Shown here piece by piece: positions 52,560 to 64,000 of a stretch of DNA of 64,000 bases. The position numbers and the translations under genes were made by a program. The number at the start of each line of letters is the position of its first letter. Positions within the stretch are counted from its first letter, which is position 1. The notes below the pieces were generated by a model. The model was given only the letters and a program-made list of their open reading frames with translations. It made no database searches and was not told where the DNA came from. This DNA comes from Rhina ancylostomus (taxonomy: Eukaryota): assembly GCA_030265395.1 (NCBI GenBank), contig JARFYF010000050.1:19465899-19529898 (forward strand), written 5' to 3'.

Positions 52560-52900
52560 TATAAATGCATCCTTATGTTAACTTGTCATTTTCAAATCTA
52601 GAAGCTAGTATATCTATTTGAATCAAATTTGTAATCCTGCCATCTAACATGTACAGGAATCTCATCTACCAATTCATAAATTCAGTGATTTTTCTTTTCT
52701 AATGCTTGCTGCAAACATACAGCCACAGATCATCCATAAATTGATAAATTTAACAGCTAGCAGAGAGCTTTTTGGAACTATATTGCAATCTTCTCCCAAA
52801 ACAGGGACAGAATTGAGCAGCCAACACACAGACCCAGTGAACGGAGCCATTTCTCTGCATTATGACTCTTCCTACCATGAGGCTACATACTAAATATAAA
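52560..52900 (-). mobile_element. Very degraded CR1 RT fragment
   Basis: tgctgcaaacat (reverse of a MFADD-like motif), atccataaattgataaat, tttggaactatattgca (reverse of a GVPQG-like motif). Confidence 0.35.
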
Positions 52901-53079
52901 TTCATGAGTGCAAGACCATTCCTGTATTCTCTGTCCATACCTGCTGATGCTGACAATGAGCATGCATTAGGAATAAGGTAGAAATAAAGCAATTTGTCCT
53001 TGGGGAATAGCACCAGGAAATGCAGTGGGCAAACCTGCAACTCAAGGCATGCAATCAATCAAAACACTCGAAGAAAGGC

Positions 53080-53680
53080 AGATGAACTTACATTTCCATA
53101 GAACCTTTCACATCACCTTTGGAGATCCCAAAGGGCTTTACAGTCAAGAAAGTACTTTTGAAATAACTATTACAATTTAGGAATATCAGCAGTTCACGCA
53201 TGTATAGCAAGCTCTCTCAAACAATGTGATAATAACTAGATAATCTACTTTAGTATTGTTACTTGAAGAAGTACTTGAAGCAGCTGGTATAGTTACATTT
53301 AAAGAGAGACTGGACAAGGGAGTAGGGGAATAAGGAGTTGTGTAGGTAGATTTAGAGGAAGAAAGGGAGGAGCAGTATAAATGCCTACACAGATTGGTTG
53401 TGCTGAATGGCCAAATTTTGTGATGTTTATCTACTGTAATAGATTATTAACCTGGATATCAATGGTACCCCCCCCCCTGCTCCCTTTCAAAGGCAATAGA
53501 ATCATTTTGTCACCTGAGAGAGATGATGAGGCTTGTGCCACCTCTGACAGTGTGGCAATCCCTCACTACTACAATGGATCGTTAGTCTAAATACTTGTTC
53601 TCAGTTTATGGGAGTGGAATTCATTTAAATTTGTGACTTAGAAACAAGAATGCCAAAAGCAAACTGAACCTCAGCTCAGA
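53080..53680 (-). mobile_element. Deu-domain SINE (AmnSINE1-like) with a nested CR1 3' end at ~53270-53420
   Basis: aacttacatttccatagaacctttcaca..cccaaagggctttacag..gtacttttgaa...gcaagctctctcaaacaatgtgataataactagataatct, resuming as cccctgctcc..gtcacctgagag..ccacctctgacagtgtggcaatccctcactact. Confidence 0.75.
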
Positions 53681-55099
53681 AACAATGAAAAACAAAATCT
53701 TATTAAATCTCAACAATTCTCCAGCTGGAGAAGGAAGCTGACAATATCACACACCAGCTTATGCAGATCAATCTTCATAACATGTCATCCCCATGAAAGA
53801 AAATTGTAATTATCATTTAATCACGTGTATTTAAACAAAAAATCAGCAGTTATCCAATGAATGATGAATTTATCACATGAGAGAGGGGATCAAAAAATTA
53901 ATTGAAATTGCTGAGGCCTATCAGCTATATAGGCCCTGATTGTCAGGCATGTTACAATTCCATATGAAAGGGCTCAAATGCACAGCGTTATTTATGTATC
54001 ACAGCATTTCACTAAACCCATATTTNNNNNNACTTATGGGAAGGATCTACACAATGCCTGTGTTCCTATAGCATTAGTGAACATTTGATGCTATCAATTC
54101 AGGGGATACATTCTGCAGCTTATGACTAAATTAACATTAAAATAATTGGGAGCTGCCATATGTCTTAATAATTTGTCACTGGGATTGTTCCCATTCTTAA
54201 CTCTCTTACTTCTTGGGCTTCTAAATATTAATGAAGGTATTCAATTTCTCCTTTTACTAAATCTCACATAATTATAGTCTTTTTAGAACTGCAAATTTTA
54301 AAATGTTGTGATCCCTGAGATATTTGGTTGCATTGGACCCTAATACTATTAAAACATTAGGGTCCAGGTCACCTTTAGTGTTTACTCTGGCCTTCTTCAC
54401 CAGATCAGGATTAGCAAATTATTTAAGTAAGATTAAAAAAGGTATATCACAGAATCTTGCAGTTCAAAAGAAGGCCACTTGTCTCATTGAATCTATGTTG
54501 CCTCATTGACAAATCTACCTACTTATTCTCATTTGTTGTTGCTTCTTCAAAATGTTCAAAATTTTCACTTAATTTGGTAAGTAACTGCAAGAATGATTGG
54601 GAACCACTCTGTTAGAGGCACAAGTTCATAATTTGTGCTGATTTTACATTACTAATTAGTCCACTATATTTTTTTATTCATAATTACACAATGTATCTTC
54701 AGTTGCTCATCTTTCAGTTCGAAAATAAACCAAATGTGACCACAGATTTTGGTATTCAGTTTAGAAACCGAGCTCAGGGAATAACAGCACATAACACTGT
54801 GGCAGCCCTCCAGTGTAAAATTCCATACCACACACGGGATGTGAATGTTGAATTTGACTCATACTGATTTGTGGTGGCTGCATGTGCTGAGTTTGTGAAA
54901 TGTTGCTGTGATGACTGTACATTTCTAGGCTAGATGAATTGGGAAGCAAATAACAGCAGAAATTTTAAGCAAATAATGCAAACTGGCATTCAAAAAGTTA
55001 CTGAAGGACAGGAGTGGCAAAGACAAGGCCTGCAACACCCTTTTGTGGATAGGATTGAATGATTGGATCTTTTCAATGACTGAGGATTGAGTCAGAGAG

Positions 55100-58000
55100 T
55101 AAAAGTCTAAACAGGATCCTCAAAAAAACTCAACACAACTCAAGTCAAACCAAATCAAAAGATCCATGGTATGAATTTGAAAACACAAGGCAGAAATCAG
55201 GGGAACATATTGATGACTTGCTTAGAAGGCTTAGAAATACAGCCCAGAGCTGCAAAACCAAGGAAACAGATGAAAGGTTACAGGACCAACAGATTTGGTG
55301 CTCAGTATCCCCATGAAAAATACCTTGATCAGGAGGGAGGACGTCTTTACAGCGAACACAAAACATCCAACCAGAGTGTAGAAAACCAATAGTAGTCAGG
55401 TGAAGGTTCTGATTACTCAGATAGAGAACCTCCAGATCAGTCCTGGGGAAGGACACAGTTAGTCAACAGAACTGATATGATGTAAACCAGATTATGTGGC
55501 AAACTCAACCATTGAGAGATATGCAAAATGAAAATGAGAACACAGAGGAAGTGCCAAAGAAAATGTAAATAGATCAATTGGAAAGGAACAAAATCAGAAC
55601 ATTAGACATTGGAGCTTACGGCTACATGGAATAACTGAATGCAGCAAGTCCTAGAGAAATGAAATCTACCACCCAGGTCAGAAAACAGGTGAGAAATGTT
55701 TAAACCCACAATCTTCAACCTCAAGCTAAAACTCAATCCAGAAACACACTGCAACATTGTACTGCTCAGACTTACTAGAGTCTTACTAAAGTCTTCTCTG
55801 CAAACATGAAAGAAGAATATCTGAAGGAAAATATCTTGAAATGAAGGAATGTCACAGTGATGGTATTTAGAAGAGGTACTTGGCCGTAGCTTGTAATACC
55901 CCAAATTAAAGGGGTGTGCAGAGGATAAGAAATTGCAGCATGCTCTGAGTTACAGAAGTGGAAGGACCTGCCATACTGGGCTTGATTGAGAAGCTGTGAA
56001 GAAAATGCAGCTGATCTTAGTTCACTACAAGATGGAGGAAACAACCCATTCTCAACCCAGTCCAATCAAGAGCATCTTCCACTGAAAAGCAAAACAGAGC
56101 TGAACTGAATATACCCAGACAGTTTTGAAGGAGCAGATGGATGCTTTGAAGATTTGGAATACTACATCAATGTTTGACCCCAAAGTGAAACAAGTGATCC
56201 AATCACCACATAAATTACCAATTAAGTTGAAGAGAACATCTGGAAAGGAATGGAGCAAAAGGGAGTTCTAGCCAAAGTCAGTTAACCCACAGTGTGGGTG
56301 AACACCATTGTGGTGAGTGAGAACCTTGATGGAATATGCCTGACCGAAAATAGTTGAATCAGGTGATCAAAAGACACTACTACTCAACCCCAACTCTGGG
56401 AGAAATCATGCCAGCATTTGCAGTGGTCAAGCTTTTAGCTATAATGCCTGATTAAGTACTGGAATATAAAGCTTGTTGAGGAATTTTCACCACATGCTAT
56501 CTGGATGATTCAAGTTCCAACATATATCTTTTGATTAGGATATGGCTCTTCAGAAAGTAAATGAGGCTTACAGAGGACACAAGACAGCATTAGGCAGATG
56601 ACATCCAGATCTATGGAATGGACAAAGGGGACAACTGTCATCTCCATGAGAAAAGAACAAGAAAAGCAGGGCTCAAACTACACACTGAGAAATGCAACTG
56701 AAAGGAGAAAGAATGCCAGTTCTTTGGAATGATAAACACATCACATGGAGTTACACCAAGCCCAGATAAAGTCAGAGCTAAGACTGAGATGAAAGCACCA
56801 AAGCAAATAAAGAACTGAGAATCTTTCTAAGGCTAATCTAGTATTTAAATCTTTTAATTNNNNNNNNNNNNNNNNNNNNNNNNNNNNNNNNNNNNNNAAA
56901 GAAGATGGCGAACACCAATAGTCATAAGACATGAAACAGACTGAAAGAGTCGGTGTGCACCAAGATAAGCCAGCCTTACTGCAGCAAGAAAAAGAAAGTC
57001 ATTTTTCAGAAGATGCTTCCATTACAGGCCTGGGAGCAAATGCATCTAAAACACTCTTGTTATCACAAACAAGATAGGCCAGCATAGAAAGACAGTTGTT
57101 TCTGAATGCAAAAAGTTCCACACTCATCTTCATGGAGATTGTGATCAGTGACTCGCAGAGCGTATTCATAAGGAAAGCCTACTGAAAGCTCCAGCAAGAC
57201 TATAATGATTATTCTTGAGGCTTCAGAGTTATGGTTTTGCTTTGAAATAGAAATTAGGCAACAAAATAATGCATGCACTAGCCCTATCCCATCTGTCGCA
57301 ACGGGAGACCATGAGATGAGAGGATATGCAGCCTACCAAATGTTGCACTGACAAAGTTGAAATCAGAGAAGAGACTGACAAAAGTGAGAACTTACAGATG
57401 CTCTCAGCAAGTGATTCATAGATGGCCCAAGGAAAAGGACACTAATATAGTTAACGATAATATATTACTGGTCAATTAGAGATGACATCTCACTGGAAGA
57501 TGCTTAGTGTTTGGATCTAGAATCACCATAACCAAAACAATCACAAGAAGATGAGAAGAATTTAACCAGGATGTACATGAAAGCCAGGTGAGGAGAGAGA
57601 AATAAAAGCTAAGAGCCAGATCAACTGTAGATTTGATTCTTATCTGCAAAGATCATGTGAAGAAGGTGCCAACATGCTATGTGTTCCAAAAGTACAAAAA
57701 TACATCACTAAAAGAAGAGATGGAGCCAACTGATATACCACCCATTGTCATATACTGCAATAGCATATCATGGGGACAAACTTCTGCTCACTCAACCAGG
57801 AATTCGGGTCTTATACTTCAAGTTCCCACTCATGAAAAGGATGACAGATTTGAGAGCTACAATAAGTCAAATCTTGTTTACTGAACAAAGGGTTCCTGGC
57901 AAACTTTGGTGTGACAATGAAACAAAATTCACCTCCAGAGAAAATGGGGTGTTTGTAGACAGATAAGGGTTTACCAACGGTGACCTCATCTCTACACTGC

Positions 58001-58200
58001 TCAAGAGAGCACCATTATATGGAAACATTCCAACTGTCAAAAGACTCCTATCAAACACAGGAGCAAAGTTGAATGCAAATTTTGCCTTATTGTCACTCCA
58101 AACTATCATGAGATCATTGGCCGAGCCTCTGAATAGCAGAAAGTGCAAGATTATTTTGTCAACCAAAACATATCCTCCATAAGACGAAGATGAAGTAAGG
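55100..58200 (+). mobile_element. Decayed Ty3/Gypsy LTR-retrotransposon internal region (gag, protease, RT, RNase H, integrase)
   Basis: gag WYEFENTRQKSGEHIDDLLRRLRNTAQSC..DERLQDQ (~55167); protease LDIGA (~55602); RT MEQKGVLAKVS*PTVWVNTIVV, LNQVIKRHYYSTPTL, ADDIQIYG (~56594), GLKLHTEKC..FFG..GVTPSPDKV; RNase H DASITGLGA (~57012); integrase HES..KLRARSTV, LFTEQRVPGKLWCDNETKFTSRE. Many stops and frameshifts. Confidence 0.92.
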
Positions 58201-58799
58201 CCATCTCCAATACAATTTACATTATCCAGGAGCTCTATTGTTCCAGGCACAAGTATGCTATTAGTACTTATTGCACCACATCATTCACAAGCACACTCGA
58301 TTATGTGTAGAAATCACACATTGTATCTTTTCGCAGCAAATTGCAGGTATATGAAATTAAACACCAGGTAGCCACGGATTTAAGCCTCATATTGTAACTT
58401 AGAAACAAATTTATGAGAACAACAATTCCTTTTGAAAGTTATTATGGATTTTATGCAAATCCATTGAAAAATTATTGCACTTAGACACTCATCTTTGTTT
58501 GCCACTCTTTATACACCCCTCCCCTCCCAACTGTTGGCCGAGTGCTAGATTTTTGGCTTTAGTAATACAAAATATAAATTTGCTCATGAAAATGAAATAA
58601 AAGTGAGTGAGCTGTGACACAGCAGTAAAATTGCTCCCTTGTGCTTCTGAACTGTCCAAATTCCACACTACAACTGCAGGTAGTTAATATTTTGTTTACC
58701 CAGCTGCTAGGAGAGCAGTGGTAACAAATCCTTGAAGTAATGACTGACTGGCCTGTAAAATAAAGTAGACTGACTGAGAGGTATTGTGGGGTCTACCAC

Positions 58800-60055
58800 A
58801 TATCTCAAGAGGTCTGTCTCTCTAGAGACAGATTATCTACCAACATCTTTTACAAATCCACAGACTTCCACAGTTATCTTGACTACACCTCTTCCCACCC
58901 TGTCACTTGCAAGGATGCTATTCCCTTCTCCCAGTTCCTCTGACTCTACCACATCTGTTCTCATGATGAGGCTTTCCATTCCAGGACATCCGAGATGTCC
59001 TCTTGTTTCAGAAAACAGGGTTTCCCCACCACTGCTATCAATGCAGTCCTCACCTGCATCTCCTCCATTTCCCACATGTTTGCCCTCACCCCTTCCCCTC
59101 CCTCAACATAACAGGAATGGGCTTCCCCTTGTCCTCACCTACCACCCCATGAGCCTCCGCATTCTCCACAACTTCTGCCATCTCCAATGGGATCCCAGCA
59201 TCAGGCACATCTTCGCCTATCCTCCCCTCTCCACAGGGATCGCTCTCTCCTCAGCTTCCTTGTCCGCTCGTCCCTCCTCCAGGCATTTATCCCTGCAACC
59301 ATGCAAAGTTTTACAGATGCCCCTATAGCTCCTCCTTTATCACTACTCAGGGCTTCAGACCATGCTTCCACGTGAGGCAACACTTCACATNNNNNNNNNN
59401 NNNNNNNNNNNNNNNNNNNNNNNNNNNNNNNNNNNNNNNNNNNNNNNNNNNNNNNNNNNNNNNNNNNNNNNNNNNNNNNNNNNNNNNNNNNNNNNNNNNN
59501 NNNNNNNNNNNNNNNNNNNNNNNNNNNNNNNNNNNNNNNNNNNNNNNNNNNNNNNNNNNNNNNNNNNNNNNNNNNNNNNNNNNNNNNNNNNNNNNNNNNN
59601 NNNNNNNNNNNNNNNNNNNNNNNNNNNNNNNNNNNNNNNNNNNNNNNNNNNNNNNNNNNNNNNNNNNNNNNNNNNNNNNNNNNNNNNNNNNNNNNNNNNN
59701 NNNNNNNNNNNNNNNNNNNNNNNNNNNNNNNNNNNNNNNNNNNNNNNNNNNNNNNNNNNNNNNNNNNNNNNNNNNNNNNNNNNNNNNNNNNNNNNNNNNN
59801 NNNNNNNNNNNNNNNNNNNNNNNNNNNNNNNNNNNNNNNCATTCCCATTCCCACTCCACCCCCACCCCCCTGATTCACCTGTCACCTGCCTGCTCGTGCT
59901 CTACTCCCTCCCCCCACCATTTTATTCTGGCTTCTGCCGTCTTTCTTTCCAGTCCTGATGAAGGGTCTTGGTCCAAAACATCAACTGTTCATTTCCTCCA
60001 CAAATGCTGCCTGTCCCACTGAGTTCCTCCAGCTTTTTTTGTGTGTTGCTCAAGA
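58800..60055 (+). mobile_element. Penelope-like retroelement 3' part (RT thumb/linker, gap over the expected GIY-YIG region, pLTR)
   Basis: DRLSTNIFYKSTDFHSYLDYTSSHPVTCKDAIPFSQFL*LYHICSHDEAFHSRTSEMSS, PLVLTYHP; pLTR cagtcctgatgaagggtc...tgctgcctgtcccactgagttcctccagc. Confidence 0.9.
59950..59987 (+). ncRNA. Degenerate minimal type-I hammerhead ribozyme motif in the Penelope pLTR (probably inactive)
   Basis: cagtc-CTGATGA-agggtcttggtcc-AAAA-catc-aactg: the CUGAUGA core is intact, GAAA is mutated to AAAA. Confidence 0.65.
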
Positions 60056-60259
60056 AAAGAATTGTTCTCTTTGTATCTTTCTGGTGGACAACTATAATAT
60101 AGTCAAAGTTGAGTGCAGTAAAATATAACAAAAAAGGTGAACTGAGGGTCAAATACATCAATAATCTCAAATGAAGGTCTGTAAAGGCTTTACAGCATGT
60201 AGAGATCACAAAATAATTGTGAAAAATATCAACAAAAACATAGATTATACCAATGAAGG

Positions 60260-60926
60260 ACCTGTGTATTTGTCAATAAATGTTCTGGTCTCCTTACCCA
60301 AGGTAGGATATGCTTCATTGTCCAATGGAAGTCCACTGAATTGATTCTTGGAATAAGAAGTATGCCCTAATGAAGAAATGTTGAGTTGAATGAGCCTTAT
60401 GAGAAGAATGAGAATTGACCATAAAATTCTTAGAGGGATTGGCAGGGTAGATGCTGAGAGGTTGTATTCCCTGTTAATTATGATTTAAAACATGTCAATC
60501 ATTCCCATGCCACAGTGAGTGTACAGTGATTGATTTCTTAGAGCTAGTTAGAAGCAGGGGCAGGCATAGTGACTGGAGGGTGGGGGGTTCCTGCAGGACT
60601 ACAAACACCCCCCCCACCCGCTCAATAAAGGTTGATTGCACATGCATGTGTGTGTATGTATATAATGTACATATGTTTAGTCGCCCTTCCTTACAGTTCA
60701 GAACCAGGGGCATAGCCTCAAGAAAAGGACTTGACTGAGGAGAAATTTCTTTATTCACAGGCCATGAATTTTTGAAATTATTCACTGCAGGTTCTGTGCA
60801 TGCTTGGTTAATGAGTTCAGTAGAAACTGAAATCAGTAGATCTTTGGATGCTGAAGGAACCCGAGGTCTATGAACATAGGAGTGGTATAATGGAGCTGAA
60901 GTACATCAGAGTCAAGGGCCAAGGGG
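60260..60926 (+). mobile_element. CR1 3' fragment interrupted by a ~220-bp insert (60473-60695)
   Basis: ttctggtctccttacccaagg (FWSPY), agggtagatgctgagaggttgt, resuming at gttcagaaccaggggcatagcctcaagaaaagg..gaggagaaatttcttt. Confidence 0.75.
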
Positions 60927-63539
60927 NNNNNNNNNNNNNNNNNNNNNNNNNNNNNNNNNNNNNNNNNNNNNNNNNNNNNNNNNNNNNNNNNNNNNNNNNN
61001 NNNNNNNNNNNNNNNNNNNNNNNNNNNNNNNNNNNNNNNNNNNNNNNNNNNNNNNNNNNNNNNNNNNNNNNNNNNNNNNNNNNNNNNNNNNNNNNNNNNN
61101 NNNNNNNNNNNNNNNNNNNNAAATAACAGTTTTGATTTTGCAGGAAAATGAAGGATATGAGCCCCCAAAGACCTGGTAAAAAATACTCAGAATCTTCAGT
61201 CATAAAAATAAATTTGATATTTAGTCATGACTGTGAAGGACCACAGTCCTTTTCTATATTACAGGCAAGATCACTAGTTTTCCATTTTTATAGAAAAATC
61301 GATAGGAAAACACAATATAATTCTTAAAACCAGTGCAAATTCTCAAATCCAAAGTAATAAAAAAAATGGAACTTGACTTATTCAGTTACTGTAAACCACC
61401 GGCCCTGATTATAAAGTTAAAGGGTTAGTTCGTACTGCAGCCAAGAAATTAAGTAACTTCATTGTGACAAAGCAGAGTTCTGTATTATGGGAGTGTTGAG
61501 CATATATGCATTATAAATGTAAAGGGCTACTTTCTACTGACACAGAGAAATGCCAGGATTTCAGGCTGCCAATTCAGTGTGGCTTAATTCATATGACTCC
61601 CATTGTTGAAGATGAAGTGGCACATAATCAAAGGACAAAGATTGTGGACCTTTTGAGAGAAACCAGACACTGCATGCAGGATCAGTGTTGTTCAGTAAAC
61701 TNNNNNNNNNNNNNNNNNNNNNNNNNNNNNNNNNNNNNNNNNNNNNNNNNNNNNNNNNNNNNNNNNNNNNNNNNNNNNNNNNNNNNNNNNNNNNNNNNNN
61801 NTTCAGTAAACTGGTAGGGAGGCTTTTAAACCCTCTGGCCTTGTTGTGATTGGAAAGAGAAAGTACCACATTCTATATTAATCAACTATACTATAGTTTA
61901 TTTTAAATGCTATATCAACACATTCAAAGTTCAAATGACAATACAAAACAAGTAGACTTGTATAATATCCTTCTAATCCCTTCACAGAGCAAAGAAGCAA
62001 AGGTCCACATTGTGATACAGATGAAGTAGAAGTGAGAGAGTACATAGCACCAAATACCAAGGACTCCAGTGCAAAGTGTAAGGGAGCTGAAGAGGGTAAA
62101 CAATTACAGGCAAAGACACATCCTAATCTCATCATCAAAATATCCCTAAGTGCTTCTCATGAATTGCTATCGAAAAATATGCAGGTCCTTTTAACTGCTC
62201 AGAAAGCTTACAGAGCCTTGTGATCTCTGCCAATAGAGGGCATGGTGATTATCATTCAAGTGTCATCAAGGTGTGAAAACTGCACTCCAAGCAGTGGAAG
62301 TATAGGACATTTGTGCAATGACATGAGGTGAGATCATAGATAGGTATGCTGGCTTTATGGTCTTTGCAGCTGGCCAGTTAGGCAATGCNNNNNNNNNNNN
62401 NNNNNNNNNNNNNNNNNNNNNNNNNNNNNNNNNNNNNNNNNNNNNNNNNNNNNNNNNNNNNNNNNNNNNNNNNNNNNNNNNNNNNNNNGTCTTTGCAGCT
62501 GGCCAGTTAGTCAATGCTGCAACTTAGCAAATCCATTTCCTCAACAAAAGGTGCCCTTGTCAATAATGAACCCAGGCACAAACTTGCTGATGAAACACCA
62601 AACAATTAAAGTCTGACTAAATATAAATAATATCTGGGAGACAGTATAAATGATTCCAATTTTTCTGAATTTTGAAGTCAGTCTTTTATTTTACAGAATT
62701 GAACGTATCAATTGTTCTGTGGTAAATTGAAGTGAACATATCCATTTCTCTGCAAATGTATTTAACTTGACTGACACGTGGATTGCCTCTTATGGCCGGA
62801 ATCTCCCTCTCCTCTTGCTCCCTCTCCACTGTGTGACAGAGGATAATTGCATCCATTCCATGGGGATGAACATTTTTCTTTTACTCACTTCTGCCACTGC
62901 CGTGCTGTAATTTCCAAGTGCCTTGGCCTCGGTGACTTGTCAACATTCACAGCTCTGCAATTCCCAAGTATGTTATGATTCTTAAAGCCAAGTTAAAACA
63001 CAGGTATATGGTCAAATTTCCCATGTGAGTCACAAGCTTTAAAAACACAATTATAGGCCCTGTGATGAATTGGATGAGTTGTTGGCACTGCCTTGGTTTC
63101 AAAAATTGGAACTTCAGCAGTAATAGGTGGGAAACAAAGATTCTAAATCAATTAATCCTATCATACGTAGGCTGGACATCCACTCATCAAGGTTTGACCT
63201 GCTCAGACCTATTTCGCTGCAAACGTGCTAATCTGGGTATACTTTCATGATAAATTAAAGAGAACAATCAAATGGCACTGTCAAACCTNNNNNNNNNNNN
63301 NNNNNNNNNNNNNNNNNNNNNNNNNNNNNNNNNNNNNNNNNNNNNNNNNNNNNNNNNNNNNATCTGTTGTGTACAATTCAATTTGATCTTCTTGCAATAG
63401 GCTTTAGCAGGTTCCTAAACTATCTTTTCACCAAACCTTATAATGACTGTCGCTCAAGGTCAAGTATGACCACCTGTGATATTGGAAATCACTTTCAAAA
63501 TGTAGGATTCAAGAGGTGTGCCAGGTACCATATACAGCA

Positions 63540-64000
63540 AGATGACGGCAGGACTGCAGAGCTTTGAACTGATATGTTGGTGGTAGTATCATTCAACTCT
63601 GTCCATTGCAAACTGTTTAGTCCTACGTTGTAATTTCACTGAGTGTTTAGGTAGGACTGCTGCTGGCATGCCCTTCTACATTCCTCATAACCTCCTGGCT
63701 TTATTGCAACAGTAAAGTGAATGATATGCAGAACAATGAGGTTACAGATTGTAAGAGTGAACATTTCAGCTGCTGCTGATGGTCCACGGTGCATCAAGGT
63801 CACCAGATCTGTTCTATGTCTGTCCCTTTAGTATGATGGCTGTGCAACACAGCGGAAGCTGTCCTTGGTATGAAGATGGCACTTTGTTTCCAAAGGAACT
63901 GTATGGTGGTCACTTCTCCCAGTGCTGTCATAGACAGATCCAACAGGTCGATCAGACAGTATGTGATCAAGTGATTTATTCTTTGTATTAGTGTGCACGC
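63540..64000 (-). mobile_element. CR1/L2-group LINE ORF2 fragment (end of the endonuclease domain and linker)
   Basis: The minus strand reads SVYDSTGRSDHHTVPLETKCHLHTKDSFRCVA (SDH motif of APE-type endonucleases), then GPSAAAEMFTLTICNL and ISSKLCSPA. Confidence 0.8.

Noticed and set aside
58786-60022. Longest ORFs in the track (166-225 aa)
   Set aside because: They consist largely of X from the 449-N gap, or are off-frame readings of the Penelope remnant.
61691-62517. Short direct repeats separated by 100 nt, superficially CRISPR-like
   Set aside because: The spacers are N-gaps, each repeat has only two copies, there are no cas genes and the context is eukaryotic.

Overview
This is AT-rich, CpG-poor vertebrate non-coding DNA (long intron or intergenic) from a fragmented assembly with 18 N-gaps, seven of them exactly 100 N. 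The repeat families I recognise by eye point to a cartilaginous fish (shark or ray); this is inference, not a database result. They are CR1, Rex1/Babar, L2, RTE-BovB-like, Tx1/L1 and Penelope-like retroelements, V-domain and Deu-domain tRNA-SINEs, and one decayed Ty3/Gypsy gag-pol. I could not identify an intact protein-coding gene, structural RNA gene or CRISPR array. The listed ORFs are chance ORFs, retroelement fragments or N-gap artefacts. The most notable items are: (i) a composite locus at 29.4-30.2 kb, where 90-bp CpG-rich direct repeats enclose a CR1 fragment that carries a 90-nt pre-miRNA-sized inverted-duplication hairpin, plus a young Pol III SINE head; (ii) Penelope-derived minimal hammerhead ribozyme motifs, one apparently disabled by CpG decay, and palindromic head-to-head derivatives; (iii) isolated splice-signal configurations (a recursive-splice-like YAG|GTGAGT, a 162-nt open phase-0 exon candidate and a poison-like exon); (iv) enhancer-like blocks rich in TALE/Hox/Sox motifs. 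None of these establishes a new biological system from sequence alone. Repeat boundaries are approximate, within tens of bp.
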